A stretch of 64,000 nucleotides of DNA from Candidatus Atabeyarchaeum deiterrae (GCA_037310415.1 CP147780.1:1728001-1792000); one strand, 5' to 3'. Shown: positions 1 through 10,597, counted from the first letter of the stretch. Made by a program: numbers and translations. The notes: generated from the sequence alone by a model not told the origin.

Positions 1-153
1 AAATGCGTTGAGCGCTGCCAATTCCACGCCAGGCAACTTGAGGAAGGAAAGTTGAAATTCGACCCAACCAAGTGCTTTGGATGTGGGGTTTGTCTCTCAA
101 CATGTCCAACACATTCGATAACGCTCATCAAGAGAAATCACCCATCTCCGTAG
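1..153 (+). CDS. C-terminal end of a 4Fe-4S dicluster protein (5' truncated by window)
   Basis: Frame 1 reads KCVERCQFHA...KCFGCGVCLSTCPTHSITL...TAG; CxxCxxCxxxCP motif. Confidence 0.85.
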   Translation, partial: KCVERCQFHARQLEEGKLKFDPTKCFGCGVCLSTCPTHSITLIKRNHPSP

Positions 154-191
154 AGACTTTTCAGGTGGACCAGAATCTGGGGACGACTTCG

Positions 192-440
192 CTACTCTTT
201 CTTGCTCTTTGTCTTATGCTTCTTCTTGTTGTTTTCTGCCTTACCGGGGAGTGTCTCGCCGTAACGCTCCGAATAGATCTCAGCTATGTCGTTGCAGGGG
301 AAACACTTCCATCCATCTCGCTCATAGCAGTGACCGCAGAAGCGAGAAGTGAATCCTCCTCTTCTCATGACATCATCGTGATGTTCTTCACAGAGCTTTT
401 TTTGCCTTAGTATATGAGTCTCTTGTAAACCTCGACTCAT
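192..440 (-). CDS. Small putative Zn-binding protein
   Basis: 82 aa ORF with LCEEH, CGHC and CFPC pairs and a Lys-rich tail; purine-rich GAGGTGA/GGAG upstream. Confidence 0.5.
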   Translation of the reverse strand: MSRGLQETHILRQKKLCEEHHDDVMRRGGFTSRFCGHCYERDGWKCFPCNDIAEIYSERYGETLPGKAENNKKKHKTKSKKE

Positions 441-688
441 ACTCGCTCCACTTCACTCAGCCTCACCTCAGACTTGCCTCAATAAGAAATGGAAGACTTA
501 AATCACCTATCATAAGCGCCACTGCCGAACCTCAGACATTCGATTTGTTATTCCGAACTAAAGCAGGGTTCACATAGTATTTTTGCGGCGAACCCCACCT
601 GTTAGACAAATATATAACAGGCACGATAATTAGTGATTGCGCGTCCTGAAAGCAAATTGATGGGCAATATGAGAAGGGGTTGTAGAGT

Positions 689-2362
689 TTGGCGAAAACC
701 GTGAAAGTCGGCGGATCCTTAGGGAAAAGTGGTCCAGAAGAAAAAACTGCCTCAGAAGTAATTGTCGATGAGTTGATAGAAGCCGGAGCTAAGTATGTTT
801 TCGGGATTCCAGGACATACGAGTCTGGGTATCTCCGAGGCGATACGAACGCGTCCTGGAATTAAGTTCATCACTGTTCGTCATGAAGAGACCGCCGCGTT
901 AATGGCGTCGGCATACGCCAAACTTACTGATCAACTTGGTGTTGTTCTCACGATTGCCGGTCCTGGTGCAACCAATCTTATGACTGGATTATATGATGCG
1001 AAAATGGATCATGCCCCAGTATTGGCGATAACTGGACAAGTGGAATTACAGTTCATCGGTCGTGACGTGATACAGGAGATTGATCAGAATGCTCTTTTTG
1101 AGTCCGTGTCTCTTTTCAACAAGGTCATCACGACCCCCGAGGAGACTGGTGAGATCACTTTGCTGGCGATCAAGAATGCAGTTGTCAGTCGAGGAGTGTC
1201 TCATCTTGGAGTCCCGACGAATATTCAACGGGCAAAAACCACGCAGCTAGCAAAGCCAATAAAGGGTCGCGTTCCGCCACTGCGCATACGTCCCGCAGAA
1301 GATCTTTGCAGGAAAGCGGCTGACTTGATCAATTCTGCTACGCACCCAGTAGTAATTGTGGGGTGGGGCGCAAGGTTCGCGGCTGCACACGTTGTTGAGT
1401 TTGCTCAGAGAATTGGTGCACCGATTGCATCGACCTTCAAAGCTAAAGGTCTCATCTCGGAATTTCACAGGCAGGTTGTAGGTGTTCATGGTAGCGTCGG
1501 ATCAGATCCAGCCAAAGAACTAGCCCATAACGCAGATCTTCTTATAGTACTCGGCAGTTCTTTCTCAGCGCAGACAAACATACCGCAAGATAAGCCGATT
1601 ATCCAGATAGACTACGATCCGATGGTGCTTGGCAAACGATTTCCAGTCGAATTGTCACTTTGGGGAAGCGTTGAAGACACGATACCTCTACTTAGTAGCC
1701 TCGCTGAAGAGCGCGACAATAAACCAACGCTTAACAAGATCGAACAACTGATGCAGCAATGGAACCGCAAGGTCGAATCCGTAACATCCCAAGGCGATGT
1801 TCCAATTCACCCTGCACGGGTTCTAAAGGCGCTTCAGAAAGTGTTGCCAGAAAAGTCAGTGATAGCGATTGATGTAGGTGACAACTCGTGGTGGTTTGGT
1901 AAGTATTTCCGGATCAACGGGCAGAGATTCGTTCTTTCAGGTTACTTGGCTACGATGGGATTTGGGTTCGCTGGCGCCCTTGGAGCCGCGTTTGCCTATC
2001 CAGATCTGAAGTCAGTAGCACTTACAGGCGACGGGGCCTTCTCCATGGTCATGGCTGATTTTACCACGGCGGTGAAACACAACCTTCCGGTCACGGCTAT
2101 CGTGTACAATAACAGTGAACTGTCAATGATAACTCATGAAGAGAGGATGGAAGAATATCCAAAGTTCGCGACAGAGCTTGTGAACCCGAACTTTGCACAG
2201 TTCGCGAAATCCTGTGGAGGATTGGGCTACGAAGTAAAAGAACCAAGCGAACTTGAACCAGCGCTTGAACACGCCATCAACTCAAATAAAGCGTGCATCG
2301 TGGATGTCGTCACAAACCCTGCCAAGTTCTGGATGACTGAACACGGCGAGAAATGGCACTAG
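689..2362 (+). CDS. Thiamine-diphosphate enzyme, pyruvate oxidase (PoxB)-like
   Basis: FGIPG, RHEETAALMA, GPGATN, GDGAF...NN ThDP-binding motif; 557 aa. Confidence 0.9.
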   Translation: MAKTVKVGGSLGKSGPEEKTASEVIVDELIEAGAKYVFGIPGHTSLGISEAIRTRPGIKFITVRHEETAALMASAYAKLTDQLGVVLTIAGPGATNLMTGLYDAKMDHAPVLAITGQVELQFIGRDVIQEIDQNALFESVSLFNKVITTPEETGEITLLAIKNAVVSRGVSHLGVPTNIQRAKTTQLAKPIKGRVPPLRIRPAEDLCRKAADLINSATHPVVIVGWGARFAAAHVVEFAQRIGAPIASTFKAKGLISEFHRQVVGVHGSVGSDPAKELAHNADLLIVLGSSFSAQTNIPQDKPIIQIDYDPMVLGKRFPVELSLWGSVEDTIPLLSSLAEERDNKPTLNKIEQLMQQWNRKVESVTSQGDVPIHPARVLKALQKVLPEKSVIAIDVGDNSWWFGKYFRINGQRFVLSGYLATMGFGFAGALGAAFAYPDLKSVALTGDGAFSMVMADFTTAVKHNLPVTAIVYNNSELSMITHEERMEEYPKFATELVNPNFAQFAKSCGGLGYEVKEPSELEPALEHAINSNKACIVDVVTNPAKFWMTEHGEKWH

Positions 2363-2704
2363 CCAAGTGGTAAACAGAGAAAAACCGGAGCTAGATTACC
2401 CATGACTCACTGAACTTCTCCGGAATCGATTTGAGGTTCCTATTGCCGGCAGCCCTCAGACTGATAGGGCGATCTGGAACCGAATTCTTACACCTTTGAT
2501 GATCTGGTAAACGAGCATTGTCGCGTGTTGCCGTTACACGTAAGCAATTAGCTTTTGAAATCCTTGGATTAGATCGCTTAGAGGCTTACTTAGCTTCAAC
2601 CCGAGAATTGCACACAATCGGAAAACCGTTAAGTCGAGGAAGTTTGAGTGACAAGAGTTATTATGAGATCTCCTCCCTTCTAGCATAACTCATGGAGGGA
2701 TCAA

Positions 2705-3529
2705 TTGAAGTTGCCCAGAGAGAGGCATGACCTCAAGTTACTTGGAAGGGCAGGGATCTCGGCCTCAATAATGGGCTACTGGCTTGTCATCTCGTCTTTG
2801 TACTTGGCGATTGCGGCGTTGCCTGCAATCTTTAGCCTCTTGCAGTTCGTAATCACCCCAGGAGCACCACAATTCCTATTGGTGCCTGACGCTGTGCAGC
2901 CAGTTTATACGAGGGTCCTGATAATGGCGGTCTTGGCAGTTCCGTTTTCAGTTACCTTCAGTTACTATTCTCATAAGCTTGCCGTTTTTTACGAAGTGCG
3001 CTGGTTTACGCTAGCGGGAGCCTTGCTGGTCTTGCAGAGCATTGTCGCAGTTGCTTTCTACCCACTGGCATACGAATTCTCATCTTACCTGCAGCAGGTG
3101 ATGGCTAATAGCAGCATTCCGCCTTTCCCGCCAGTCGACACCTACTCGCGTGTCATCAGCTATATCGGTTCATTCATACCTGCGACTTTCGTGGCTACAG
3201 TGCTCAATCTATTGTTCTCACTTTCGCTTGCAAGGGGCCTTTCAATTGCCAAGGAATCACTTGGCAGAGGAGAGTTGAAGGCGGGTACATGGCTGACGAT
3301 ATTGGGCGCCATAGCCAGTGTAGTGGTCGGTGCAGGAGTCATGTTGGCGTACAGCGCCCAGTTACCCGGCGACATAAGCACTGGAATGTGGGTTGCGATG
3401 ATAGGTTCGCTTAACGTAGTCTGCAGTGGCGTGGGCATATCCTTCTTTGGCGCCGGACTGGTCAACTTTGCGAGGCAAGGAAAGGGAAAACCAACGGACA
3501 CCCGCTCGAGTTCTCTCCCTCGTCCATAG
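2705..3529 (+). CDS. Hypothetical multi-pass membrane protein
   Basis: 274 aa, about 6 hydrophobic segments; GGAGGG upstream of TTG. Confidence 0.75.
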   Translation: MKLPRERHDLKLLGRAGISASIMGYWLVISSLYLAIAALPAIFSLLQFVITPGAPQFLLVPDAVQPVYTRVLIMAVLAVPFSVTFSYYSHKLAVFYEVRWFTLAGALLVLQSIVAVAFYPLAYEFSSYLQQVMANSSIPPFPPVDTYSRVISYIGSFIPATFVATVLNLLFSLSLARGLSIAKESLGRGELKAGTWLTILGAIASVVVGAGVMLAYSAQLPGDISTGMWVAMIGSLNVVCSGVGISFFGAGLVNFARQGKGKPTDTRSSSLPRP

Positions 3530-3688
3530 GTGCCTCCCCGAGCTCCTCGTGCAGGATTTGCATCTCTCGTGAACTCTGCGAAGGATTTAGATCCACGGCA
3601 TAGACCAGATCAGGAGACGGATCTGGAGACGAGACACATCATCCTTTCTGGATTGAGCTGACAGATATCATCGGAACCAAGTCGGAAG

Positions 3689-4705
3689 TCAACATGCTTC
3701 ATGGAAGGAACGCGTTCGATCAATAATCGCCTTTTTCTGCTCACCAAGTATCCTTAGCACATTCCCAATCGTGACTGCTTTAGTCGTTCCCGCATCAGTC
3801 ACGCATGCGGCTCCACATGCTTCCCCCTCCAATAGGAGATCTAGGAACTCCCTCCTCGTCAAGTCAATAGTGTTACTTCCATGTCTGCCTCTCATGCTCT
3901 TAGTCAGATAACGTATCGCTCCAGCACAAAAAGCGTCTCCCGCTCCTGTAGGATCAACTACTGGGACTGTGAAGGCCGGCATAGCCATCGTCTCGTGGCC
4001 ATATTTCGCAGCTAACCCGTCCTTACCAGCTGTAATTACGGCAAGTTTCACGCCGTGCCTATTGAGCACGCGCAATGCTTCCGCGACATCACTTTTTCCA
4101 GTGATTCCTTCAGCCTCGCGGTTGTTGCAGTGCAACACATCAACCCATTCAAGTGAATCATTGAGAAACTCCCACCCGTGCCCATACGGCTCTATGGGAT
4201 CGACGAAAGTCAGGCACCCTATCTCCTTTGCATTCTTGAGAGTCGCGGGAAGTTGTTCATCGAAATCGCCAAGGAATCCTGTGGCCCCAACGTAGAAGAC
4301 AAGCGGTCTTTCTTTTCTCAATATGTCTCTCACTCTATGCGGATCAAGAAGTGAATTAGCACCAATGTCTATGTGGAATCTCCGGTCCTCCCCTTGAACA
4401 ACCAAGATCAGGTTCAACGAAGTTCCCGTCTTTTCAACCTTCTGGATGTGTGTCTCAACACCGGACTTCTTGATCTCCCTAATTATGAACTCGCCAAAGG
4501 AGTCCGCGCCCACAGTGCCGACTGCGCTAACCTCTCCCTTCTTCAACCCCAACTGAACTAGGTCGATTGACACGTTTGCAGCATGTCCGCCAACGCAAAG
4601 CCTTACCCCCGACGGCGTGAAAGTAACTTCCCCAGGGTTGGATACTCTGGGCAATCCACTTGCGATGATGTCAGAAACCAGTATTCCGACGCAGGTCACA
4701 AGCAA
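3689..4705 (-). CDS. PfkB-family carbohydrate kinase
   Basis: GGHAAN, GTVGADSFG, DPTGAGDAF motifs. Confidence 0.92.
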   Translation of the reverse strand: MLVTCVGILVSDIIASGLPRVSNPGEVTFTPSGVRLCVGGHAANVSIDLVQLGLKKGEVSAVGTVGADSFGEFIIREIKKSGVETHIQKVEKTGTSLNLILVVQGEDRRFHIDIGANSLLDPHRVRDILRKERPLVFYVGATGFLGDFDEQLPATLKNAKEIGCLTFVDPIEPYGHGWEFLNDSLEWVDVLHCNNREAEGITGKSDVAEALRVLNRHGVKLAVITAGKDGLAAKYGHETMAMPAFTVPVVDPTGAGDAFCAGAIRYLTKSMRGRHGSNTIDLTRREFLDLLLEGEACGAACVTDAGTTKAVTIGNVLRILGEQKKAIIDRTRSFHEAC

Positions 4706-4807
4706 CTGAAATCACACCGAAAAATCTCGTTCATTTCAAGAGCCTTGTCTTTGAGCTGGCATATAAGGAAGCGTTCTCACTGCAAAAGGTCGTCTTGGCA
4801 TGTCATC

Positions 4808-4858
4808 TCCGTTATAACGGAAGGGTTAAATATACGAGTAGTCGTAATTAATATTACG
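4808..4858 (+). promoter_or_regulatory. Promoter of dtxR-feoAB with two palindromes flanking a TATA-like box
   Basis: Perfect 14-bp palindrome TCCGTTATAACGGA (4808-4821), TTAAATAT (4826-4833), CGTAAT-N4-ATTACG (4843-4858). Confidence 0.55.
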
Positions 4859-4897
4859 TGTTATCGTTCTTCTCTCTCCTATTTGTGGTGTGTAGCA

Positions 4898-5668
4898 TTG
4901 GTCGAACAGTGCACAGACGTTGTGGAAGAATATCTGGAGACAATTTATAGGCTTCAAGAGAAACAAGGTGCCGGAGCCAAGACAAATGACATTGTTAGAA
5001 CACTGAAAGTTGTCCCAGGAACTGTCACTAACACGATTGAGCGATTGGAGAGAGAAGGATACGTTAGTCATGAACCATACAAGGGTGTCAGACTCACTGA
5101 AAAGGGTCGCAGAATCGCAGCTCAAGTTGTAAGAAGGCATCGTCTGTCAGAGAGGCTTTTGACTGATATTCTTCATGTCGGCTGGGGGAAGGCCCACGAG
5201 GTAGCATGTAAGATTGAGCATGACATAGCTGATGAGGAGGTAATGGGCAGTATTGAGAAAGCTCTGGGCAACCCAAAGACATGTCCTCACGGTAACCCCA
5301 TTCCTGGGAAGGACGGGGAGTCAATAAACGAAGGTGAGAAACCTGGGTTTTCTCTCCTTTCGGATCTCAGTGCCACCGAAGGGGGGACAATTGTTAGAGT
5401 AGTAAATGAGGATGTCGAGGTTCTACAGTATCTATCAAGATTGGGTCTTGTTCCCGGGGCATTTGTTGAAATCCTTAGAAAAGAGCCAATCGGTGAGCTT
5501 GTCACACTTAGATTGCGGAATTCAGCAACTCATATCATTAGCCAGAGGGCAGCCTCCGTCATCGAGGTCAAAGTGGAACGTGTCGCGATGGAAGAAGAAC
5601 GAACTGCTAGATCGAAAGCAGAAGGCAAGGTGAAACACGTAAGCAAGTTCGGCGAGTACGAACACTGA
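4898..5668 (+). CDS. DtxR/IdeR-family metal-dependent transcriptional regulator with C-terminal FeoA domain
   Basis: EEYLETIY, RRHRLSERLL, EVACKIEH, CPHGNPIP; start placed at TTG 4898, not the ORF-track 4583. Confidence 0.93.
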   Translation: MVEQCTDVVEEYLETIYRLQEKQGAGAKTNDIVRTLKVVPGTVTNTIERLEREGYVSHEPYKGVRLTEKGRRIAAQVVRRHRLSERLLTDILHVGWGKAHEVACKIEHDIADEEVMGSIEKALGNPKTCPHGNPIPGKDGESINEGEKPGFSLLSDLSATEGGTIVRVVNEDVEVLQYLSRLGLVPGAFVEILRKEPIGELVTLRLRNSATHIISQRAASVIEVKVERVAMEEERTARSKAEGKVKHVSKFGEYEH

Positions 5669-5689
5669 GCAAGTCAGGATGCATGAATC

Positions 5690-6052
5690 ATGATCGAACG
5701 AAACGTGCAGTCACTAACGGATCTTACAAGCGGGCAGAGCGGAATCGTAGTTGATGTAGACGGATCAGGGGAAACAAGTAGTGTGAAACAAGGATCGCGT
5801 CATGGTTGGCGCAAACGAGTTCGCAATCGGGGAGGTGCTTGCGTAGGACAAGAAGACCCTTTGAGGAACTGCTCCGAAAAGAGATGCGGGTTCGTCCAAA
5901 GGTTGATGGATCTGGGCTTAACTCCTGGTGCTAAGGTTGCGGTGGTCAAGTTGGCTCCTTTCAATGGACCAGTGGAAATCTTGGTCAGAGGCTCTAGAAT
6001 AGCGCTGGGAAGATGCGTCGCTTCGAGGATCAAGGTGGAGGTGACGGGATGA
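5690..6052 (+). CDS. feoA: Ferrous iron transport protein A
   Basis: RLMDLGLTPG, APFNGPV, VRGSRIALG; stop overlaps feoB start (ATGA). Confidence 0.92.
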   Translation: MIERNVQSLTDLTSGQSGIVVDVDGSGETSSVKQGSRHGWRKRVRNRGGACVGQEDPLRNCSEKRCGFVQRLMDLGLTPGAKVAVVKLAPFNGPVEILVRGSRIALGRCVASRIKVEVTG

Positions 6053-8139
6053 ATGTTAGCTGGGATTCAGGTGACCACCTCCAAGTAAAAGCCTGTCCCT
6101 GCGACAGAGCGCCAAAAGCATGCTCGGATGACTCAGAAGCTGAGCAAAAAGGAAAACTAAAGATCGCACTAGCCGGAAACGCGAATGTTGGGAAATCCGT
6201 TGTATTCAATCAGCTAACAGGACTGCATCAGCACATTGGCAATTGGCCTGGCAAAACGGTTGAGCGCGCCGAAGGAACGCTCCACTTTAAAGGGTACACG
6301 ATTGATGTTATTGACCTGCCTGGGATTTATTCCCTTTCAACTTATTCAATCGAGGAGTTGGTTTCAAGGGAGTACATCGTCACCGAGAGACCAGACATAG
6401 TGATTAACGTGGTTGATGCCACTCTCTTGGAAAGGAACTTGTTTTTCACACTGCAGCTGATGGAACTTGAGATTCCCCTAATTATCGCGTTGAACCAGAT
6501 CGACTTAGCGAAGAGAAAGGGAATAAAGATCGACCTAAAGAAACTCGAACAGGTTCTTGGGGTTTCTCTGGTTCCCACGGTTGCAGTGAAGGGAATAGGC
6601 ATCTACGAATTGTTAGACAAGGCGATAGAAATCATTGAAAACAAGAGAAAACAATGCCAGCAATGCATGACCCGGGAAGGAGTGTCAGAAGATGCTGCGC
6701 AAGAAAAGAACTGTTGTTACTATGACCAGCTCAGATACGGAAATGAGATAGAAGCAAGAATCAACAAACTAAGTGACTTGCTCAAAGCACACGAATTCAA
6801 GTACCCAGCCAGATACCTAGCAATCAAACTCCTCGAAGGCGATGAGGAGATCTCAGGTGAAGTTGAAAGAGTAGCTCCCAGCGCTGTCTCGAAGGCGAGA
6901 GAGCTGTCTGTGGAGCTTGAGAAGATCCACGGTCACTCTTGCTCTACTCTGATAACGTCTGAAAGGTACGAAGTGGCTGGATGCATAGCCAGGGATGTTC
7001 AAGAGGTCAAGTCCCCGTTGAAACCGCTAATGGAAGAGCGGCTCCACGATATTACAACTCACAGGATACTCGGGTATCCCATAATGATCACCATAGTTCT
7101 CTCCATATTTGCCCTTGTTTTCACTTTTGGAGGGTGGCTCTCGAATCTGCTGACGAACGTCTTCTACGTTTGGCAACCACTCTTCATAAGCATATTTGGA
7201 AGTGGGGTCACATCAGCTTTAGCTTGGAGCATCATAGAAGGAATTATAGCTGGCATTACTATAGCATTGCCCTACATAATTCCGTTCTACATAATTCTGC
7301 AGATCCTAGAGAACTCTGGTTATCTCAGCAGAGTCGCATACCTGATGGATAACCTCATGCACAAAATAGGGTTGCATGGGAAAGCATTTATTCCAATGAT
7401 GCTCGGATACGGCTGCAATGTGCCAGCATGTCTGGGCTGCAGAATAATGGAAACAGACCGGGAGCGGCTTCTCGCAGCCTTCGTAACAACTTTGGTGCCA
7501 TGCGCCGCGAGAACAGTGGTAATTCTTGGAGTAGTGGGAGCATTCTTGGGATTACAGTGGGCTCTAGCTATCTATGCTCTCGACATAATAGTGATTTTTC
7601 TTCTGGGAAGGATCGCGTTTAGGGTTCTGCCAGGTGAACCTACGGCACTTATAATGGAGATGTCCGATTACAAGCTGCCAAACATGAAAACGGTCTTTAG
7701 TGAGACTTGGGTTAGAATTCTCGATTTTATCAAGATGGCCTTCCCCATTATAATCGTGGGAAGTTTCGTTCTCAAACTACTGGATGTTATTGGGCTTATG
7801 GGACCAATAGCAGCAGCTCTCAGCCCCGTTATGGTTGGATGGCTGGGATTGCCGGCAGTCGTGGGAATCGTGTTGATCTTTGGTGTTCTCAGAAAGGAAT
7901 TAACATTGATCATGCTCGCTGCGCTGCTGGGCACAACAAACTTTGCACTCGTGCTAACCCCTATTCAAATGATTGTTTTCGCTATAGTCGTTATGTTTTA
8001 TATTCCATGTGTCGCAACAATCGGCGCGTTGGTCAAGGAATTTGGGTGGAAGAAAGCATTATTTATAACGGTTTTTGAGATTCTCTTTGCCTTCGCGCTT
8101 GGGGGCATAGTACTGAGAGTCTTGATGTTGCTTGTGTAG
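6049..8139 (+). CDS. feoB: Ferrous iron transport protein B
   Basis: [30 protein letters not shown]-motifs; GYGCNVPA and YIPCVAT gate motifs; GAGGTGA before ATG 6049. Confidence 0.96.
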   Translation: MNVSWDSGDHLQVKACPCDRAPKACSDDSEAEQKGKLKIALAGNANVGKSVVFNQLTGLHQHIGNWPGKTVERAEGTLHFKGYTIDVIDLPGIYSLSTYSIEELVSREYIVTERPDIVINVVDATLLERNLFFTLQLMELEIPLIIALNQIDLAKRKGIKIDLKKLEQVLGVSLVPTVAVKGIGIYELLDKAIEIIENKRKQCQQCMTREGVSEDAAQEKNCCYYDQLRYGNEIEARINKLSDLLKAHEFKYPARYLAIKLLEGDEEISGEVERVAPSAVSKARELSVELEKIHGHSCSTLITSERYEVAGCIARDVQEVKSPLKPLMEERLHDITTHRILGYPIMITIVLSIFALVFTFGGWLSNLLTNVFYVWQPLFISIFGSGVTSALAWSIIEGIIAGITIALPYIIPFYIILQILENSGYLSRVAYLMDNLMHKIGLHGKAFIPMMLGYGCNVPACLGCRIMETDRERLLAAFVTTLVPCAARTVVILGVVGAFLGLQWALAIYALDIIVIFLLGRIAFRVLPGEPTALIMEMSDYKLPNMKTVFSETWVRILDFIKMAFPIIIVGSFVLKLLDVIGLMGPIAAALSPVMVGWLGLPAVVGIVLIFGVLRKELTLIMLAALLGTTNFALVLTPIQMIVFAIVVMFYIPCVATIGALVKEFGWKKALFITVFEILFAFALGGIVLRVLMLLV

Positions 8140-8208
8140 AGAAAGACTTCAAGACTCGCGGTATTTGGATCCAATTCTCCACAAATCCCCTTTCATAGAA
8201 TTTCCTAA

Positions 8209-8337
8209 TCACTGACGCGACACGTTCTTGGGCAACTTGCCGAGTCTTACCAAGTACCCTTCAGGCTCGCCAAGGAGCAAGATACTGTAGTTCTCTTTTA
8301 TGAACAGTTTACTAGCTATGGGTTTTTCTAAAGACAA
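8209..8337 (-). pseudogene. 5' fragment of a DUF3052-like gene
   Basis: Manual translation MSLEKPIASKLFIKENYSILLLGEPEGYLVRLGKLPKNVSRQ*, resembling the K-L-x-I-K...P-x-G-Y...LG-x-LP N-terminus of that family; stops after 42 codons. Confidence 0.5.
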
Positions 8338-8474
8338 GTCCGACTCAGCCAATACGTCTAAGTGTGCTGCGCTAGATATCACCCTCTCGAGTTTCCACGC
8401 TTTAGTAAACTAGTTGCTGATTGCTGCCGAGGAGCTCGGAAAAAAAAGAGGTTGATGAAGAGAGTTACATACTC

Positions 8475-9827
8475 TCATCTTTTTTTCGTTGTTCCTTTCG
8501 CGCCCTTTGAAAAGTCGAAGTCGACCTTAACCTTTTGCAGCACCAGTACACCTAGAACTAGGAAAATCGCGAGAATGGGACCGAAGTATCTGTACCCCAT
8601 GTAACCTGGAACGTCTACTAAGATGCCTGATATCATAAGACCTACTGCTTGGAAGATGTTCAATGGGATCGAGTTGAACCCCATGTAAATACCTGCACGT
8701 GCTTCTCCTGTTCTTAGCTCATCCTCGTGTGCGATGTCTGCCATTATTATGTAGGGGATAAGCATGTACCCGGCCAAAGTAAACGCGACTAGACCGACAT
8801 AGATACCACCCTGCAAAAATAGCGATAATGGGATACCAATTCCAATTATCATGGAAAACGGCAGGATTATGGCGAGGAAGATCATTGCAAATGTGAGACT
8901 TCGTTTCTTGCTGAATCTTCTGTAGAGAGCCATCCAGATGAGAAAACTGAAGATGGCTACGAAGATGAATATAACGCCGAAGATAATGTAGTCCATCTGG
9001 CTCGTGAACTGCAAGATGTATTTCATGAAATCTAGAACGAGGCTCTGGATGGAGATGATTGATACTGACAGTGTTCCCTGAGTCAGGATCCATTTCATGT
9101 AGTTCCTGTTCCTAGTTATGGTGCCAAGCTCTCGCATGATGGACGGCGTCTTTATGTGTTTGTCGGCAGATTCCCGCAGTTTGATTACAGCTGGGACATA
9201 GAATAGGATTTGTATCAAGGAAGCAATGATCATTATCTCAATAATCATGCCCCAGTTCTGCGTGGCGATCAGCGTTGGGAAGAACATGAGTGAAATCGCG
9301 ATGCCTATTGCTGTTCCGATCATATTTGTCGTGTTCAAGATAGTCGATAACTTCGTTCTCTCTTGTGGCTCGGTCAACTCAGGCATCCAAGCCTGATAGG
9401 GCGTGCTGATCCATCCGTACCAGAAGTTGACCATGCAGACCGCGAAAGTCATGTATAAGAATAGTGGTATCTGGTATGAATCGGCATGATAGTCTGGGAC
9501 CATGGTCATCGTAGGCAAGAAGTACATGGGAGCGAATAGTAGGATCATAGAGAGCGCTAGAAATGGTGCTCCAGTGATTGCGAAGGGTTTTCTTCTTCCC
9601 CATCGCTTGCCTTTAATTCTGTCACTTAGAGCGCCAGCTGCAAACTGCGCCACCATGATAACCAATTTGCTGAGAGCCAGTGCGATTCCAGCGAACAAGC
9701 CTAGAAGTCCAAGTGGTGCTTCCGTGTAGAAATAGAGAGGTGCGAATTCGACCAATCGTAGACCGATTTGAGCGCCAAGTGGTCCAATACCGTACCAAAG
9801 CTTCTCACTTGCTTTCATGAAGAGCAT
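8475..9827 (-). CDS. MFS transporter, glycoside-pentoside-hexuronide (MelB-like) type
   Basis: GALSDR...WGRRKPF, PYQAWMPEL, ADIAHEDELRTGEARAGIY; about 12 TM. Confidence 0.92.
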   Translation of the reverse strand: MLFMKASEKLWYGIGPLGAQIGLRLVEFAPLYFYTEAPLGLLGLFAGIALALSKLVIMVAQFAAGALSDRIKGKRWGRRKPFAITGAPFLALSMILLFAPMYFLPTMTMVPDYHADSYQIPLFLYMTFAVCMVNFWYGWISTPYQAWMPELTEPQERTKLSTILNTTNMIGTAIGIAISLMFFPTLIATQNWGMIIEIMIIASLIQILFYVPAVIKLRESADKHIKTPSIMRELGTITRNRNYMKWILTQGTLSVSIISIQSLVLDFMKYILQFTSQMDYIIFGVIFIFVAIFSFLIWMALYRRFSKKRSLTFAMIFLAIILPFSMIIGIGIPLSLFLQGGIYVGLVAFTLAGYMLIPYIIMADIAHEDELRTGEARAGIYMGFNSIPLNIFQAVGLMISGILVDVPGYMGYRYFGPILAIFLVLGVLVLQKVKVDFDFSKGAKGTTKKR

Positions 9828-10046
9828 TTATCTGTTGAGTTCATATTTAAATAAGTTCGCTTGGAGACAAGGTGAACCAAGCCCTACCCATGGTCGAGCA
9901 ACTTCTAAGCTCAGTCGAGTATTGTTCTTCCATAGGCCTTAACATCTATTCGTCAGAATACCCGGATAAACTGCGACTATCGCATCAAACCAGCAGCAAG
10001 AATAAGGTTCTACCAACATCACTTATTCAGACGGTACGAATCAAAG

Positions 10047-10456
10047 ATGTTCGGAGACGGTTTTGAAGTATGCGTCATACACACCTCCGTAGGAAACAAG
10101 ATGTCTATGACAGGACTGAAGAAGGAAGCTGGAAAACTGGACGCATACACAGGAGCCAAAAGGTTGATAGATCTAATAACGGGAACCGTGATGTACTTCG
10201 ACCGCAACGATCTCTCCCCATCAAAGGATGATGACAGTAATCTGACATTTTGTGTGAATCGTTGTCCGGGGCAGAAGTCTGCAACACACTGAGAACCGAC
10301 GACATAAAAAGCGTTGTGGGCGAAGAATGCCAAACGACTTCAATGATAAGCCTAGCCGTGGAGTTTCTGCTCGGCAAAACAGTGGACTGCAAGGTTGTGA
10401 ACAGGGGCTTGAGTGCATCGAGCTGCAAGATGAAAGTCAGACTAATGGTGATTTAA
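10047..10456 (+). pseudogene. Frameshifted V4R/methanogen-output-like Cys domain gene
   Basis: One extra G in the run at 10268-10271 joins ORFs 10047 and 10250 into ...LTFCVNRCPGAEVCNTL...EECQTTSMISLAVEFLLGKTV...SCKMKVRL. Confidence 0.45.
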
Positions 10457-10521
10457 CAGGTGGAGGCACCACGAGCACTCATGCGATAGTCTGTGAATGT
10501 GCTACACATAAATACCTTATG

Positions 10522-10597
10522 TGTCAAATTGTAATGACAAGTCGTTAATAGGGCGGGTTACGACTATTTCAGCAAAAATAGAACAATTCATTTGACA
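10522..10597 (+). promoter_or_regulatory. Candidate operator upstream of hdrA
   Basis: TGTCA-N8-TGACA (10522-10539), AGTCGT...ACGACT (10540-10565), extra TGACA at 10593. Confidence 0.35.

Noticed and set aside
2440-2530. Possible TPP riboswitch after the ThDP enzyme
   Set aside because: Only a short GCCCT/AGGGC hairpin; the CUGAGA and CCUGAU...AAUGCCAGCG cores are absent, and it lies 3' of the gene
4583-4897. 105-aa N-terminal extension of the DtxR ORF
   Set aside because: It overlaps the divergent pfkB gene and the promoter; homology starts after TTG 4898
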